DNA from: Paecilomyces variotii
Lineage: Eukaryota
Length of the DNA stretch: 64,000 nucleotides
Direction: 5' to 3' (one strand)
NCBI GenBank assembly: GCA_004022145.1
Contig: RCNU01000002.1
The stretch's first letter is position 1. The number at the start of each line of letters is the position of its first letter. Below are positions 38,201 through 52,500 of the stretch, one piece after another. The notes below the pieces were generated by a model, which did not search any database, was not told the origin of the DNA, and saw only the letters and a list, made by a program, of their open reading frames with translations. A program made the position numbers and the translations under genes.

Positions 38201-41200
38201 CTCTATCTCTCTCTCTGTTCATCTAGCTCTGTATCCAGCAGAGCTCGATGTTGGAGCACTATCACGTTCGGGCAGTCTCGACGCTGATTCCCAGGATGCA
38301 TGATAAGACGCCGGTTCGGATGTGCAGATCGCAGATAAGGTCTATCCTATGATCCTATCTAGTGAGCTACTGATCACTTTTCGCAGTGTGATTATCAGAC
38401 CGACTTGGCCATGCTGGTCGATCATCCATCTAGAGTAGACTATGATCATCATCTCTACTCGGAGAGCCTACCTCCTCTCATCCCCGACACCAGACATACC
38501 AGGATCAGATATACCGTACATATCCAGCAGGCATCGCAGAAACCATGTTTTTTTTTTTTTGCTTTTTGCTTTTTCCTCTCTTCACTGGCGATCGCGGCGT
38601 TGATACTAAAAATGGAGCATCCGGATCAAGATTCCACTCCGCCTGCTGCTAACCAAGTAATCTGCCGACACTCGGCATCTGGCGGCCCCAACAAGCTTTT
38701 TTCGAGCTTCTTACTCGATGAGGGCAACATGAGCGCATCCATCCGGATTCTACGATTGCAGCACGTATCTCCCCGGATGCAGGACTTGTCCCATTACTCT
38801 ACGCCACACAGAAATAATACATAGGAAGTACATACATAGCATCTACGTACAGTACATCTGCATCTACAGTACATGCATCGCAGAGAGCAAGAGTGCAGAG
38901 TCAGACAGATCCACGCTCCCGATACTTAATAATAAACCCGCGATAACCTTGTAGACGCAGTCAACTAGCGCAAGCTATGCAATACAGCTATCTACCATAC
39001 AGCCTAATATTGTAATAACTACTACTCTATTCCCTACCACATGCTACAGTAGCTGCAAACTCTCAACAGCAGCATACCCCGCAGCCTTTGCCTAGTCGGG
39101 GGCTGCCGACATGGACCGCTAGTTGTTACCTATCTACTTCGAGCGAGCAGAAATGCTATTATCAGCTATCGATCATGATCATCACGGTCGGGATGTCACT
39201 AGATAATTTGCACTGACCCGTCATGCAGGAGAAAGTAGTACAGTACAACTTGTTTGACGATGTATGTATGTATATCTTCGCATCCATCTCCCTTCATCCG
39301 GGATTGCATATCCCGAAAATATACCCCGCCTATGCTCTGATAACGCAACTGTAACTCGAATGCTAAACCTAACAGCCCTCCTCTTCCAAGAAAACATAAT
39401 GAATAGAAAATGTAACACAATACTCCAGGGCGAAAATCACATCTAACCTCTGAGTTCTCTCATTTTTTCTTAAAACAACAGATCAAAAAAACCAGGACGA
39501 ACCATCTCGGAAAAGACCAATCTAGTCTATCCGGTAGTTAGTTACCTAGATAGTCTACTCTACTCTAACAGTCTAATAGCTTAATGCGTGTGCATTAGAC
39601 TGCAGCTGTCAAAACGCCGCACGATGTACGAGGTTACATTATGATTGGTTTCTGTGTTTTCTTTGTTGTAGGCTAATTTTGGCCTAGATATGGATTCGGA
39701 CTAGGCGTGGATTTTGATTGCATTGGGGGTTTTTTTTTTATTCTTTTTTGATTTATTTCAAGCGAGCCATAGTTAGATAGAGGTAATTATGCTCTACAAG
39801 GTTCAGTTCCTTCTTGGTCTGAGGTTACCTACGAGGTGCTACCTAGGATTGTGTAATAATACATATACACATTGTGATCAACCCTTCCGAGTGAACGAGC
39901 CCTAATTTATATAGAACGACAGAGGAGTCAGTTATCACGCAGCAGTATTACAAAGTAAGAACTTACATGGATAGATACAGGAAATATGGTAGTGCTATGC
40001 CGATCCCGTTTACTTAACTAGGTCAGCTTCACGTGCGCATCTTATCAGATGATTAGAGTTAGTTAGTTACATAGATAGTCATCGAGTCTATCAACTAACG
40101 ACTTGAAGCACTCAAAAGAAATATATGTAATTCAAGCTGGATATATAAATTTGGAAATTAAGTCTAACTTCCGCTTCAATTGCTACTGTCTTTTCCTCGA
40201 TTCTGTAAATCTCTCGATAGGTTAGTTTTCAACTGGAATTATCCTACTGTAGGATGCGAGAAATGCATTTTGTATATGACTCAATAAGTATCTATATGCT
40301 CACTCGATACGGAGTAGTGTGATATCTATTGCATTGCATTAAGCTAGTTATGCAGTGGTTTAATTATAGTACAATAGCAGTTCTGGGTTTAGTCTACGTA
40401 TTTCGGATATTTCTTCGTGTGTATTGTATAGTCCTTCTATGTATATATGTATATAGTAGGCGCATGCTCTTTTATAATGCCTTGCTGAAAGCAATATGAG
40501 AGCTTTGGATTTATGCGTCGACATAAGCATCCCTCACCGTATATAGCCCGAATTTGTTGTCTATATATCCTACCTAGTAATGCAGAGCACTTTGCTAGTA
40601 GCATAGTTTTCAATCCCAAATACTTGGAAATAAACAGTTGCTGTTCCCTTACATAAAGCTATTCAGGCAGAAATCCCTATACTTACTAGATATATATATA
40701 TATACAACTTTAGGAATATAAGACCACGGAAGCAAAAGCATGAGAATGGCAATTAAACCGGGAAACATAGTTACAATAGGACACCGAAATCTTATCGACT
40801 ATTCAATTGCTGCTACCTAAAGCACTGCCTCCGCCACTGTTCCCTGAGATTTTCCCAATTCCGGCGCGTCTGCTTTGATCCTATATTTGTGGAGATGGGG
40901 GTGGCTTTAGCTGTTTGTTCTATACCATTTATATAGGGTAGTAGTGGCGTTTTGCAAGCTCGATTGCTTTAAGGCCGATAACATACATATAGAAAGTTAA
41001 TGTAGGGTAGATACTGCGAAATTAGACCGTGGTGACAGGTTATAGGATGGAACAAGTCTAGGATACTATACAAAACCTAATTGGATATACCAGGCGAAGA
41101 TTCGCTGTCAATGTATGGTATAATAATCATAGTCTTATACTCGTTTCTCTACTTCTACTCCTCTTTTGCTTGCGTTTTTCTTTCATTATTGACCAAGTAT

Positions 41201-42101
41201 AGGATAGTCGAATCAACTACAAGGAACATTCACACTTGCGGTAAATATACATCCCTATAAATACACCGAAACTACATAAACAAGCAAGTACCAGCTAAAA
41301 CAAGCCCAATCCTGCAGAATAGATATACACAAACCCTATCTTTTTCTCGATCGGATAACCGCAGCAACTAGACAATAGAAAATAAACCAGCTGACCGGAG
41401 AGACGGCAACCTACTAGTAATGGATCCCTGCAGACGATTCTCTTGTCTTCTTTTCCTCCCTTTGAAAGAAAGGATATACCTTGTTGTCCTACGTATTGTT
41501 ATTGGATGTGGTGAAGTATGTGCTTTTCTCCTTGTGGGTATTATTGAGCTTGATAATTTAGTGATGCGTGTACCTTTTGCTGTATAGAAATAAAGTTGGG
41601 GGTGTGTGCTAAGGTTCTTATATTTATCCTTTTTTTTGCACATTTTTTTTGGCGTGAAAGTGTATGTACATACATACACCTGATTGTGGTGCCGTAGTCA
41701 AAAGACTAGTTTCATAGACTATAATATATAAACTTGTAAAAGAAAATGAGAGAAGAATTTCAGAATGTTCCAGGGACAAGTAGTAGATTCAATTCTAGTT
41801 ATAACTAACAGTTCGAGTCCTATTAGAAATACTACCGCCAGAGCCGTAAGAGCTTGAGCTTGTGATAATCTACCGTCTAAACCCAACCTTTAACTACTTA
41901 AAGAATTCGATCAGTTATTCATTCATGCATGGATTTATTTAAATAGCCACTAGGACCCCGCAAATATAAAGACAAGACAAAATGGTATCAGAACCCCCCA
42001 GCCAAGCCAATCCATCCGTTCTAGCATTTCAGATTGCATCTCTCCCCTTCCATTCACAACCTCCCAAAGAAGACCACCACTCAGATCTCCACATCTAACA
42101 A

Positions 42102-42790
42102 CTACGACTCAATAGCTTTCGCCTTCAAACCCACCAATTTACCACCCTCCACATCCAGCGCTACAATCCAGTACTCGACGCGAGACGCGCCGATCTCGAC
42201 TCGATATACTTTCACATCGACAGACGACTCATCGATCACTTTCTCGCCGCCACCGGAGGCCTGTGTCGCTGCTGCGCGCACAGCACGCAGAACAGCAACG
42301 TACTGGTTCTTGGGGTCGAAGGCGCTGGGTGAGAGGGTGGTGATGGAGTCGGTGAGGTCCTTTGATGGGGAGATGAGGTAGGAGAATTGTGCTGGAGAGG
42401 AGTATAGTTAGTCTTATGTATTCTTCCTGCGGTGTAGATTTTTTTTCCTTTCTTTTTTTTGCTTTCAATGCGGGGAATTCAACGACATTGACCGTGAGAT
42501 TGGCACCGCCATAGTCAACAAAAGCAGATAGTAGAATTATTTATCCACTTACAAGCACCGGGCCACAAGCCCCTGCTGGCTCCCTCCCACTTCAAGACGA
42601 CAGGCTCAAACGGCTCGTCTGTCTCAGAGACGTAATACGTATCGATTGCCCTCAGCGGGGCAGGAACGGTAACGTCCACATCTACTGACTGCGTGCGGAC
42701 TGCATTGCTCTGCTGCGGAGCGACTCGTCCCGCATTCAGGTCCTCGTTGGCTTTGTTCAGAAACGCGAGATAGCTATTGTCGGATGACAT
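42102..42790 (-). CDS. Small protein resembling the nuclease A inhibitor (NuiA) family
   Basis: ATG 42790 (MSSDNSYLAFLNKAN), YVSETDEPFEPV, intron 42552..42392, then FDPKNQY..VKVYRVEIGASRVEYWIVALDVEGGKLVGLKAKAIES-TAG. Confidence 0.75.
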
Positions 42791-43511
42791 GTTGCGCGAG
42801 AGGATGGGTTCTTTCGTAAGGACTGTGGGATCGTGGTGATGATGGTTGGTGGGGAGAAATGGTCTGGAGGTCGCCGTACGATGGGATCGGTATCGCGTAC
42901 TGAGAGATAGTCGGGAGAATGATGATGATAGAGAAAAGAAACGCGAGGACTGCAGTGCGTGTCTGACTCGAACTGTATGGCTTGTCGGGCGAGTTGAAGC
43001 TGGAGATGCGAAGTTGGAGATGACGCAATGGCCTGTGACTCTAGACCTGATGTGCCAAGACCGCATCGCAGGCCAATTTATCGACGAACAAATAAAGGGG
43101 AAATGGGACTGGCCGCCTTCGTGTCAGCTCAGCCTAACGCAGGGGAGAGGATAGAATTGAATTGAGGGAGGAGAAATTCTTGGTCCACCACACGGACCAG
43201 TAGCTTGTCATCACGCAACTATGTATGGCGTTCAAAATCGACCACAAGACAATGAAAATTACTTGACTACAGATACACATACCGGCTTTAGCTATTTGAC
43301 TGACGAGTCAGACTAACTGTTGCTACTTTTGAACTCCATCATAACATTGCCTTGCCGGCTACGTAAACTAATAAACAGAAGAAAAGCTCCACTCTTTTTC
43401 AGCTGAGCAAGCCGAGGGACGTAGGTTGAGGAGGTATTTGAATTGTATTTTGGTCAAGAACAATGAAGCACCGAACTACACCGAACCCACATCCCCACCA
43501 GATAAAAACAT

Positions 43512-45056
43512 TTATTCGGAAGTAACGAGGTCCTTCTTGAGAGTACCCAGGAAGGCCCGCTTCTCGGCAGGGGTCTGGTAGGCACCGTGACCGAACTTGG
43601 AAGAAGTGTCGATCCATTTGAGCTCGACCTTCTCGGTGGCACGGCGGCTGGTCTGAGGGTAAAGGGTCTTGCGGAGGGTCATGACACGCTTCTTGACACC
43701 GGGGACGGAGCCCTTGAGGATCAGGAAGTCGTTCTTGACCTCACCGTAGCGGACGAAACCACCAAGACTAGAAAAAGGAATCAGTAAAGAAATGCTTGAA
43801 AAAGAAGATACATAGGGTTGTACGTACGGAGTGATCTGCTTCTTGGAGATATCGAACTCGGTGGAGGCGTTGCCCTCGTCGGAGCCCTTACCGACACGGT
43901 AGATCTTGTGGTTGCAAGAGGTACGGTGGTGGTAACCCATCTGACCGGCACGGGCAACAGTCCACTGGACGTGGGACGGGTGCCAGGCACCGATACAGGC
44001 AACCTTACGCAGACCCTTGTGAGTCTTACGAGGGAGCTTCTTGGTGCCCCATCGGCTGGTGACACCCTGGAAACCGTGACCCTTGGTGACGGCAATGACG
44101 TCGATAACCTCATCCTGCTCGAAGATGGAGTCGATGTCGATGGTCTTCTCGAACAGGTTGTGGGCGAAGTCGACCTTCTCGGCGACGGAGCCACCGTTGA
44201 CCTGGATCTCCATCAAGTGGGCCTTCTTCTGCTTGAGAGGGGTCTTGCGGATCTGGGTGTGGGCAAGAACACGGACAACAGTGCAGTACTTCTTGATGCG
44301 CTCAAGCTCGCGGGTGACGGAAGCACCGCTGCTCTCAGCGTGCTTCTTGGCGTACTTGGTGAAGGCCTTCTTCTTGCTCTTGTACCAGTTCTTGTAGAAG
44401 CGGCGCTTGAGCTCGTCGCTCAGGTGCTCAGCCCAGACAGTAGTGAGCGAGCGGAGACCACGGGGAGTCTCGATGTAACCGACGATACCGACAGCAACGA
44501 GCTATAACAATCCAGTTGTCAGCCGACCAATTCCCCAAAGCCAGCCAGACTCAAAAAAAGGGTTTTCGCGTTTGTGTGTGGAACATACCGGAGGAGTCTC
44601 AATGACGGTAACGGCCTCGACGATCTCCTTCTTGTGCATCTTGGCACCAGGACGGTCAAGGTCACGGACGATGGTGGTCATACCGGCCTTGTAGCCCATG
44701 GAGGCCGTCAGGTGGACGGGCTTCTTGGGGTCATCCTTGGGGAAGCTGGATTTTCACGTATCAGTATGCGATTTCCTTCCAAATCTCGATTCATCGATAC
44801 TGACCTCTTGACCTTTCCGCGGTGACGGGCGGCGCGCTTGCGCGGCAGGTAGGCAAGAGAGCCTGTAGACAGAAGTTGTATCAGTAAAAATGTCCTCGCA
44901 CACACACACGATCGATCAAAATCGATGTCGAGGGGGATCCTTGGACGAACCGTGCCGAGGCGCTTCGTACTTCCGGTGACTCCTACAGATATAGAAAGTT
45001 AGCAATTAAATCTCTGATGATATCTGAAAGGCATTGTCCCTTGGGGGAACTCACAT
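43512..45056 (-). CDS. rpl3: 60S ribosomal protein L3 (uL3)
   Basis: ATG-only first coding exon 45054..45056, then [49 protein letters not shown] and [10 protein letters not shown]. Five short introns and very strong codon bias. Confidence 0.98.
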
Positions 45057-46580
45057 CTTGACCCTGTTGTCGTTAGTCGTCGAGGTGGTGAGAATCTCTA
45101 TCTCCAAATTTGTCGGAGGTGTATTTTGCACGCTTAACGAGTGTGGGCTGACCTAAGCGAAGTCTTGGCGCAACCTTCCTTTTTTCGGCAGGGACCCACG
45201 CACAAATCGAAGGGACTGTTTGCCCGTCACCTGATCGGCAACGGCCCTCTCCGGATAAGATAGCAAGATAGGGTACTTAGGGATGCTGGTACATAGATCC
45301 TATCGAAGCGTTGAATTTACATGAACTTAGAGCACATACCCTCAGCTAAGTATAAAGAGGGTGAAAGTCATAGTCAGATGGATCCAAACAAGTATTCTTC
45401 CTCTCAATGCAAATCAGGCGCACATAACACATAGTTGGCCCTCAGTACGGAGAACACTCTTGCAGTTACCTATCGTACTTGGATGACAAGCAACAATATT
45501 ATTCATGGGGCCGTATCGATGGCTTTAGCCTTACAAACAGTCATTAGACGATCATGTGATAACTCCCCCCACACCTTTTCGAAACCAACAGCCGCTTTTG
45601 CGAAATTGACCTTAAGGAGCAATTCCTTCCTGCTAATCAAACTGGCTACACCAAGGAGGATAGATAAAATTACAACCACTGCCCACGCAGTCTCCCAATT
45701 CAAGAAAAAATGAAACGAAAAGAAAAGAAGAGAGAAAAAGTCATTGCTCGTAGCAGTAAAGCTCCACACCGGTATCAGCCTACGTCTGAACTCAGGTGCA
45801 TTTGGATCGGGTATCTTGGGATGAAATACATGATAGAGCTAGCCGCTTGACTTTTCTACGATTCCCGGAGTCTAGCCTTGACACGGTTGTAGATCTATCG
45901 TTACTAGCCTTCCGAGAAATCAGATTAGCGCTCAGCGATTAGCTACATGCAGGTTCATCCAGCGGTTAGAGAGTATACTGTGACTTGGTAACACGCCCAG
46001 GAACAAGGAACGCAGAAGGTGGACGACTGCATAATGATAGGCCGAGGCAGGGCTGAGTTGAAGTTAGGCAGGCAACACAATAGACCACTTGACTATGATT
46101 TTACTCTAACGTTGGATTCGCTGAAATGTATTCACATTGAGAGATAACATGGAGTCAAAGCCATGTCGTCATACCTAGCATTGAAGTTCCAAAAGTGAGA
46201 ATGAAACAAGCAGAACAGCAGAGAACTCAAATGTGAGTGGCTAGAACATGAAGACAAAGCTAGTAAACAGGGGAATAAAACATCGACTCAGTACACATCA
46301 AGAGGGAACCACATCCACCGCTAACGCAGGCAAGACCACAGAAACGAAACATCCACAGCGACTCAAATCGAGCCGGCGCACAGCTCCATCCCTAACCCAA
46401 GAAAAATCGCAGAGTATAAGACACCAATGGAGAAATTTGGAAGATGCTTCAACGAAGGGATGATCCGCGCAAGAAGAACAACAGCTGGTAAAAGGGATCG
46501 TCATAGTGCGATCCGTTCAGTGCATTTTTGTGGGTACTTCAAATATTTAATGTAATACAGACAACCGTGGACCCCAACTC

Positions 46581-49534
46581 TCAAGCCGGTGCCTCCTGCT
46601 TAGGCTGGGAGGTCTGGTTACCGCCGTTGATCACGCCGTTACCATTGCTGACCGAGTTTCCCGCGCCGCTGCCGTGAGGGCTACCTTTTGGGGCAGGGCC
46701 GGCTCTCTTATCATCATCACCATCGTCATCATAGTCCTCGTCGACATCCATCTTACGAGCAGCTGGCTCATGCAGCGGAGGCTGCTCCTTACGGGGCTCC
46801 TCCTTGACCGGAGCCTGCGCGGATGACGGGCCAGATGCGGCACCGTTAGACGTCGGGGTAGGACCCTCGGCCATGGGAGGCATCGACGATCCCGACGGTT
46901 GCGGCTGCATGTGCTGGATGGAGGGCAAGGTAGGAGGATGGTGCGCAGCCTCCGAAGGGTGGTAGTTCTCATTGGCACGGCGCTGCTCCTCACGACGAGC
47001 CTCAGACGAGCTGCGACGGTGCATCTCACCGGGGGAGGACATATGGTTGGGCGGAGTTACCCGACGAGTCACCTGATCATCGAGGCGAGCGCGACTCTCC
47101 TCGTTGGCAATCTTCTTTGATGGGGCGTCCGCCTCCCAGTCTCTGCCACGCTTCATGGCCGATGCAGGACGCTCGTCACGTTCGCGAGCAGCAGCTTCCG
47201 CGGCGCTCAGGGCAGCCGCTGGAGCAGGGGCACCTCCGGCAATGCTGGCAGCGGTAGCGCTCGGAAGGGGTACGCTAGGTCCATGGTGGTACTGCTGGTG
47301 CGGATACGTCGAGCCTGGAGAGGACGGACGCTCGTCTCTGATGGGTCTGATCTCGGTCGGAGGAGTGAAAGGGCGGCCATAAGGAGCCAGCGTTGCGCCA
47401 GGAGTAGGAGCGCCGTTAGGACCGCCTGGCACTGCAGAAACACCGTTAGGCGGGGGAGGACCACGGGCAGAGGGTGGGTAGGCTGCGGCGCCGGGAGCAG
47501 CACGATCATGAGGCTGTGGTGGAGGAGCGGCCAGCTGAGGAAGAGTGTGCGCAGGATAGGCGTTGGGACCAGAAACATTGTTCAATTTGGGGGAGCGGCC
47601 GATCGGGGGACCGCGAGCCGGGTCGGGATACGCTCTGGCAGGCTCCTGTCGGGGGCTCTGCTGAGGGAGCGAAGGGGGTGCCCGCACGCCATCCCGGTGG
47701 TCGAAAGGATTCGCGGGCTGCGGTGCCTGAGACTGTATGTCATTTATGCCGCGATTCCAATCTGCGATCTGGCGGGGAGGTGCTGGCGGCTGAGGAGGAG
47801 GACCGCCGGTGGGTGCGGGAGCTCCCCACTGCGGACCGGGAGGCGCGCCGACACCAGGAGCCTGATAAGCCTGGGGATGCACGTCCTGAGGAACGGGGAC
47901 GCTGGTTTGGTTGGCGCCAGAGGTCTGACCGCTCTGGAGCAGCTGCAGACGAGCCTTGATGTGGACATTGTTGGGATCAAGATCGGCTGCACGGCCGTAT
48001 GCGTCGAGGGCATCGGCGGTCTGGTTGTTGCAGGATTCGTACTGAAGGAATTGGTTAGCGCGGTGGATAATGGAGAAGCGAGCATGGAAGTATCACATAC
48101 CAGAGTGCCAAGATCATACCACACCTCGGAGATGTAAGGGTTCAGACGGATGGCACGAGAGTAGGCATCGAGCGCATCGCGGTACTGATTGATCTGGTAG
48201 TACAGCACACCGATGGAGCACCAGAAGGTTGGGTTCCGTCCATCGCGGTAGACAGCCTGCTGATAGGCTTCATAGGCCTTGGGGTATTTCGCCTGAGACA
48301 TGTAGCAACGACCCAGGAGATACCAGCTCTGCGCATCCGAGTTGTCTGATGCAAATTGCGTCAGCGACCGTTTCCTCACTTGTTGATTATCTGCGGTACA
48401 TACCTGCGCTGACTGATTTCTCCAAGTACTCGATGGCCTTTTCCTGGCTGCTGTAGCTGTTGCTTTGCTGGTGGTACAACCATCCGAGCTGCTGTAAGAC
48501 CTTGGCATGGTTGGGGTCGCGGTCGAGCACCCGCCTGTATGCTGCCTGCGCCGCATCGAACTAGAGACCAATCAGCACCATTATCACTAAGAATACGATT
48601 ATCAATGTTTACTCACGTCTTTCTGTTGCTCGTGGACATGGCCAATCTGGAACCAAATGTCCTCCTCGGTGAGAGGTCGGGGAGGGTCATTGACGATGTA
48701 TTTGAAGCACTTAGGAAGTTAGCAAGAAGCAAGGGAATTAACGGTGTATATGATGCGCCGTACCTCTAGACTCTGGCTGAACTTCTGCTGCTGCTTGTAG
48801 ATTATGCCCAGACGGAAGTAGATTTCGTTTGCCTTCTCAAAGTCGGGCTGCATGCGCATGACCTGAGAGAAAGCTTCTTCAGCGTGCTCGAGCGAGCCGT
48901 AGCGGTCGTACAAAATACCAATGCCGTACCAAAGCTTAGGTTCCTATGGGACGGATTATGTCAGTGACTGGTGCGGACGCGATTGGATAGCTGTTGACCA
49001 ACCTTTGGATCACGGAGGTGGTAGAGAGCCTGCTGGTATGACGTGTAGGCTTCCTGGAGATTGTCCATCATCAGATGGCAGTGACCTAGGCTTCCCCAGG
49101 TCTCTCCACTCTGGGGATCTAGCTTTAAAATGTTCTGAAGATACTCGATGGCCTTGGGGAATTGCTCCTTCGTCCGCAAGATGGACGAGATGGCCTGCAT
49201 AGCCGGGATGGACCACTGGTTATGCCGCAGAGCTTGCTCATATGCACTCATGGCGCCATCGAGGTCACCCATTGCCTCTGTAACACTTCCTGTAGGCGAA
49301 AGTCAGTACGTCTGCAGTTATAGGGATCGGACATGACCGGAATAAGTGCGCCAACATACCGATTCCGATCCAGACTTGCTCATTCAGCTGAGCGATGCGC
49401 TGCGCAACCGTCAATTGTGGTGCCTTCTGTCCTTGCGACTGCAAGGGAAGATGACCGTTGACTTGCGGATGGGCGGCCAAGTGGCCATGGTGAGCAGGGA
49501 CAGCCCCCGGGGGAGAGGGCTGAGGATGAGCCAT
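46581..49534 (-). CDS. ssn6: General transcriptional corepressor Ssn6/Cyc8 (TPR)
   Basis: Tandem TPRs (AMSAYEQALRHN, WGSLGHCHLMMD, EIYFRLGIIYKQ, WYLLGRCYM, FWCSIGVLYYQINQYRDALDAY) and a Pro/Gln-rich tail with RKMDVDEDYDD. Multi-intron. Confidence 0.95.
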
Positions 49535-52500
49535 TGTGCCGGGTGTCCTTTCCGGCAGTAACCACCACCGAACGGGAACTTCAGCTCAATATCCCACTGG
49601 ATTTATTGATCCTAACGGTACAAAGAGCTCTTCGCCCGACCTCGTCTCTTTCGCAGTATTATCACTGAACGAGCCGAGAGCGCTTCCTCCCGCGACTAAC
49701 AGGACCCGACTTCTCAAGGCCGTGACGCGTGCAGAGACTGCAACAATGAGGGCCCGAACTTGTTCTTGTCCAACAGAAGCGCGCTGTTGATTCTGATGAG
49801 CGCGTTTGCAGCCGCTACCGTCAGGAAGGGTTGGCGCAAAAAAACCAGATCGATGGTCAGGTCGAACCGGCAGCCGTTGACAGCTCTGGGGCGGCTAAGC
49901 CCCAAAATGGCGTCCGTAGAACGAGGAACTCGAAACCCGGAAGGGCAGAGAATAGCAAGAGTAGACAGTAACCGTCACGGGGATACTGGCCGTTGACAAG
50001 CTGTCGAAGGACTTGGGAGAGGGAGAGGATTGTCGGGGGAAGCAACGCAGGTCAGGGGAGTCGAGAGACAGAGAGCGCGCCAGGGCTGAAGGCAGAGAGA
50101 GAAGGGGAAGACAAGCAGGAGGGAGAGAGGACGGGGTCGAGGGGCGGGTGGGAGACGGTGATTTTTGCCAAGCGGCGCTAGTGGTTGTGTACCTCTCGAG
50201 CAGTCAGCGAAGAGCCGAGCAAGGACGGAAGGGGAACTGGAAAGGCGACAGGGCAGTCATGCAGCGCCAAGCAGAGCAACGGCGGAGGAGCCAGGGACTG
50301 CAGAGATGAGATAGTTGATAGACTGATCGATTGATCGATTCACAGATACATAGGCTCATAGGTTCACAGGTTCATCGTGCTGGCCAAAGGTCAAGGTCTC
50401 AAGGCAACGTGGAGGATGCTGTTACTGCGCTTCGGGAGCAGAGCCTAAGCCGTGATGGCGCTGGAGAGGCGGTCGCCCCGGCGTCGCGGGATCTCAGCTG
50501 CGTCTGCGTTCCTCGCAACCTCTGGGCTCGCGTGTCCGATGTTTGGGGACTAGTGCCACGGTGGGGCTGCCGCTAAGCACACGTCCGTCCAGGGGGGGAA
50601 AGAGCGACCATATGGCAGACGCTACGGGGATTGCACCTACTCTAGAGTAATCTAGCACGAACCCACCCAGGGCCCTAGCGCACTTTCTTTTTTTTTTCCC
50701 TGGGGTGGCCCGTGGTCCGCCCGCCCCGTGCCTTCCTCACTGACGCCGCTCGCTAAGCCTCCCCGGGCAGAATGAGAGCGTAACCTTAGCTTTAGCAGGA
50801 GCATCTAGCCGCCGAGAATGCGCTTTCCCCGATCCCATCGTTCCTTTTCCCTTTAGCCTGCTCATCTGCTCGACCCACCACCCCCTCCCCACCCACCCGT
50901 CTGTTCACCAACCAATCCCCCAACCCCCCTGGGTCGGTCCGGTGGCTCTCCTCTCATCTGGTGCATGTTCTGTTCCCGGCAACACGCCCCCCAACGCAGT
51001 TGACCTCGCCGTCTGGCAGCTTCTCCGGCTGGCCCCACCCGCCGTCCGCTTAGCGTGGACGCTCGACCGTTGGCCGGCGTCGAAGGGTTTTCTGCTCGCC
51101 TCTTCCGTCATTCATTCATCTGCCACTTCTGCCACAGCTCCAGCCACCAGCCACATCTTCACCTTGACCTCGTTCTTCCATCCTCCAGGCTCGTTTCCCT
51201 TTTTGTCCTCCTTCCCAAGTGGATAGCTGGCCCGGTGGATCTGGGCCGCTGATCCGCTCGGGCTTTTTCGATGATCCTGATCTATCACTCGATGGTTCGG
51301 CGACAAGATGATGCTTCCATCACATCCGCGCACCCCGTAATTACATCGCACGTAAGTTGACCTAGCCAGCGCATCTCCCCATCCACCATCACTACTACCG
51401 CCCACTTCTTCCGTTTCACCCCGGCAGCGCAGACGTTCTAGGCGAACTACCGGTAACCATCCCATACTTTTTCTTCGGTTCATGTGGTCCCTCATCTATC
51501 TACCTACACAAAGAAATTTTCTTCTCTCAGTAAAAAGAAAAAGTAAATTTCCCACGGGGATCAGGAGGAAATAATATCGACTATTTAGGTAGTTTAATCA
51601 GAGTGGTGCTAGTACGTAGTGCGATGAATGACTTTCATTTTTATGTTCTATTTTTTTGTCTCAATAATAATGGCTTGTCTCAACGTTCTATTTAAGGGGC
51701 GCTGCTAGTCACTGCACCGCCAATAAAGAACAATTCTTTAGATTGTACGATGATAATGATCATGATAATAATGATTATCTTCCTGCTATCAACTCCTGTC
51801 CGAACAGCGACCTTTATGAGGATCAATGATCGTCGTCCTGAGGTCATCGGGGAATCCGCAAATTGAACGTCGGACCCCCGATCTCGAGCGACTGTTTTTG
51901 TCCATCGGGGCGGGGGGGGAACGTGACACATATGTTGCCCTTTTAACGAAGTAGAGTTAGTAGTAGTAGTTAGCAGCAGTAGTTAGACAAGCTTGCCCTG
52001 TCATGCTATTATTACCCACTTTCTGCACGGGTTATTATTCAGCTGCAACCCACAGGCGCCATATTAAAAAGGACTTGATACATAATAATAATAATATCAC
52101 TGCATCCCAACACTTCTTGGATCTAGCGTATTACGCCGTTCCACAATAAATCCTCGAGTGGATTCATGTTGTCGTAGCAGAACGTGCCCGCCTGCAGAAT
52201 ACACTAGTGACTACTACGTACAGTCGGGCATATATAACTCGGGTGACCATCTGGATTTTTTTTCGTGTGGTTTATTATTCTGTTTATACACTGCTCAACA
52301 ATCGAGAAAATTGCTCGATCCTCGATGTATCTCGCCTGTATTGGTTGTCGCGAAAATTGTCAATGTAGCCCCAGCCCAGGGAGTATCTCCCAAGAAAAAG
52401 ACACCTGGCAATTTCGTGTCGGTGTCGGGCTGGACTCTCTCCCAGTAGACATCAGGAATAAAAAAATAAAAAGAAAAAGGGTTTGTGCGATTAAACTCGG

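Noticed and set aside
35250-42000. Short ORFs or RNA genes in the ~7-kb region upstream of kre6
   Set aside because: No codon bias, coherent splice pattern, tRNA cloverleaf or snRNA motif was recognised. Only simple repeats such as (TAAT)5 at 36417..36436.
43818-44507. 229-aa antisense ORF over rpl3 (and similar ones over ade13, ssn6, rrp12)
   Set aside because: Expected shadow of strongly biased codon usage on the coding strand.
45503-45769. 88-aa hydrophobic ORF between rpl3 and ssn6
   Set aside because: GTG start, no splice-supported ATG, and hydrophobicity partly from a T-rich tract.
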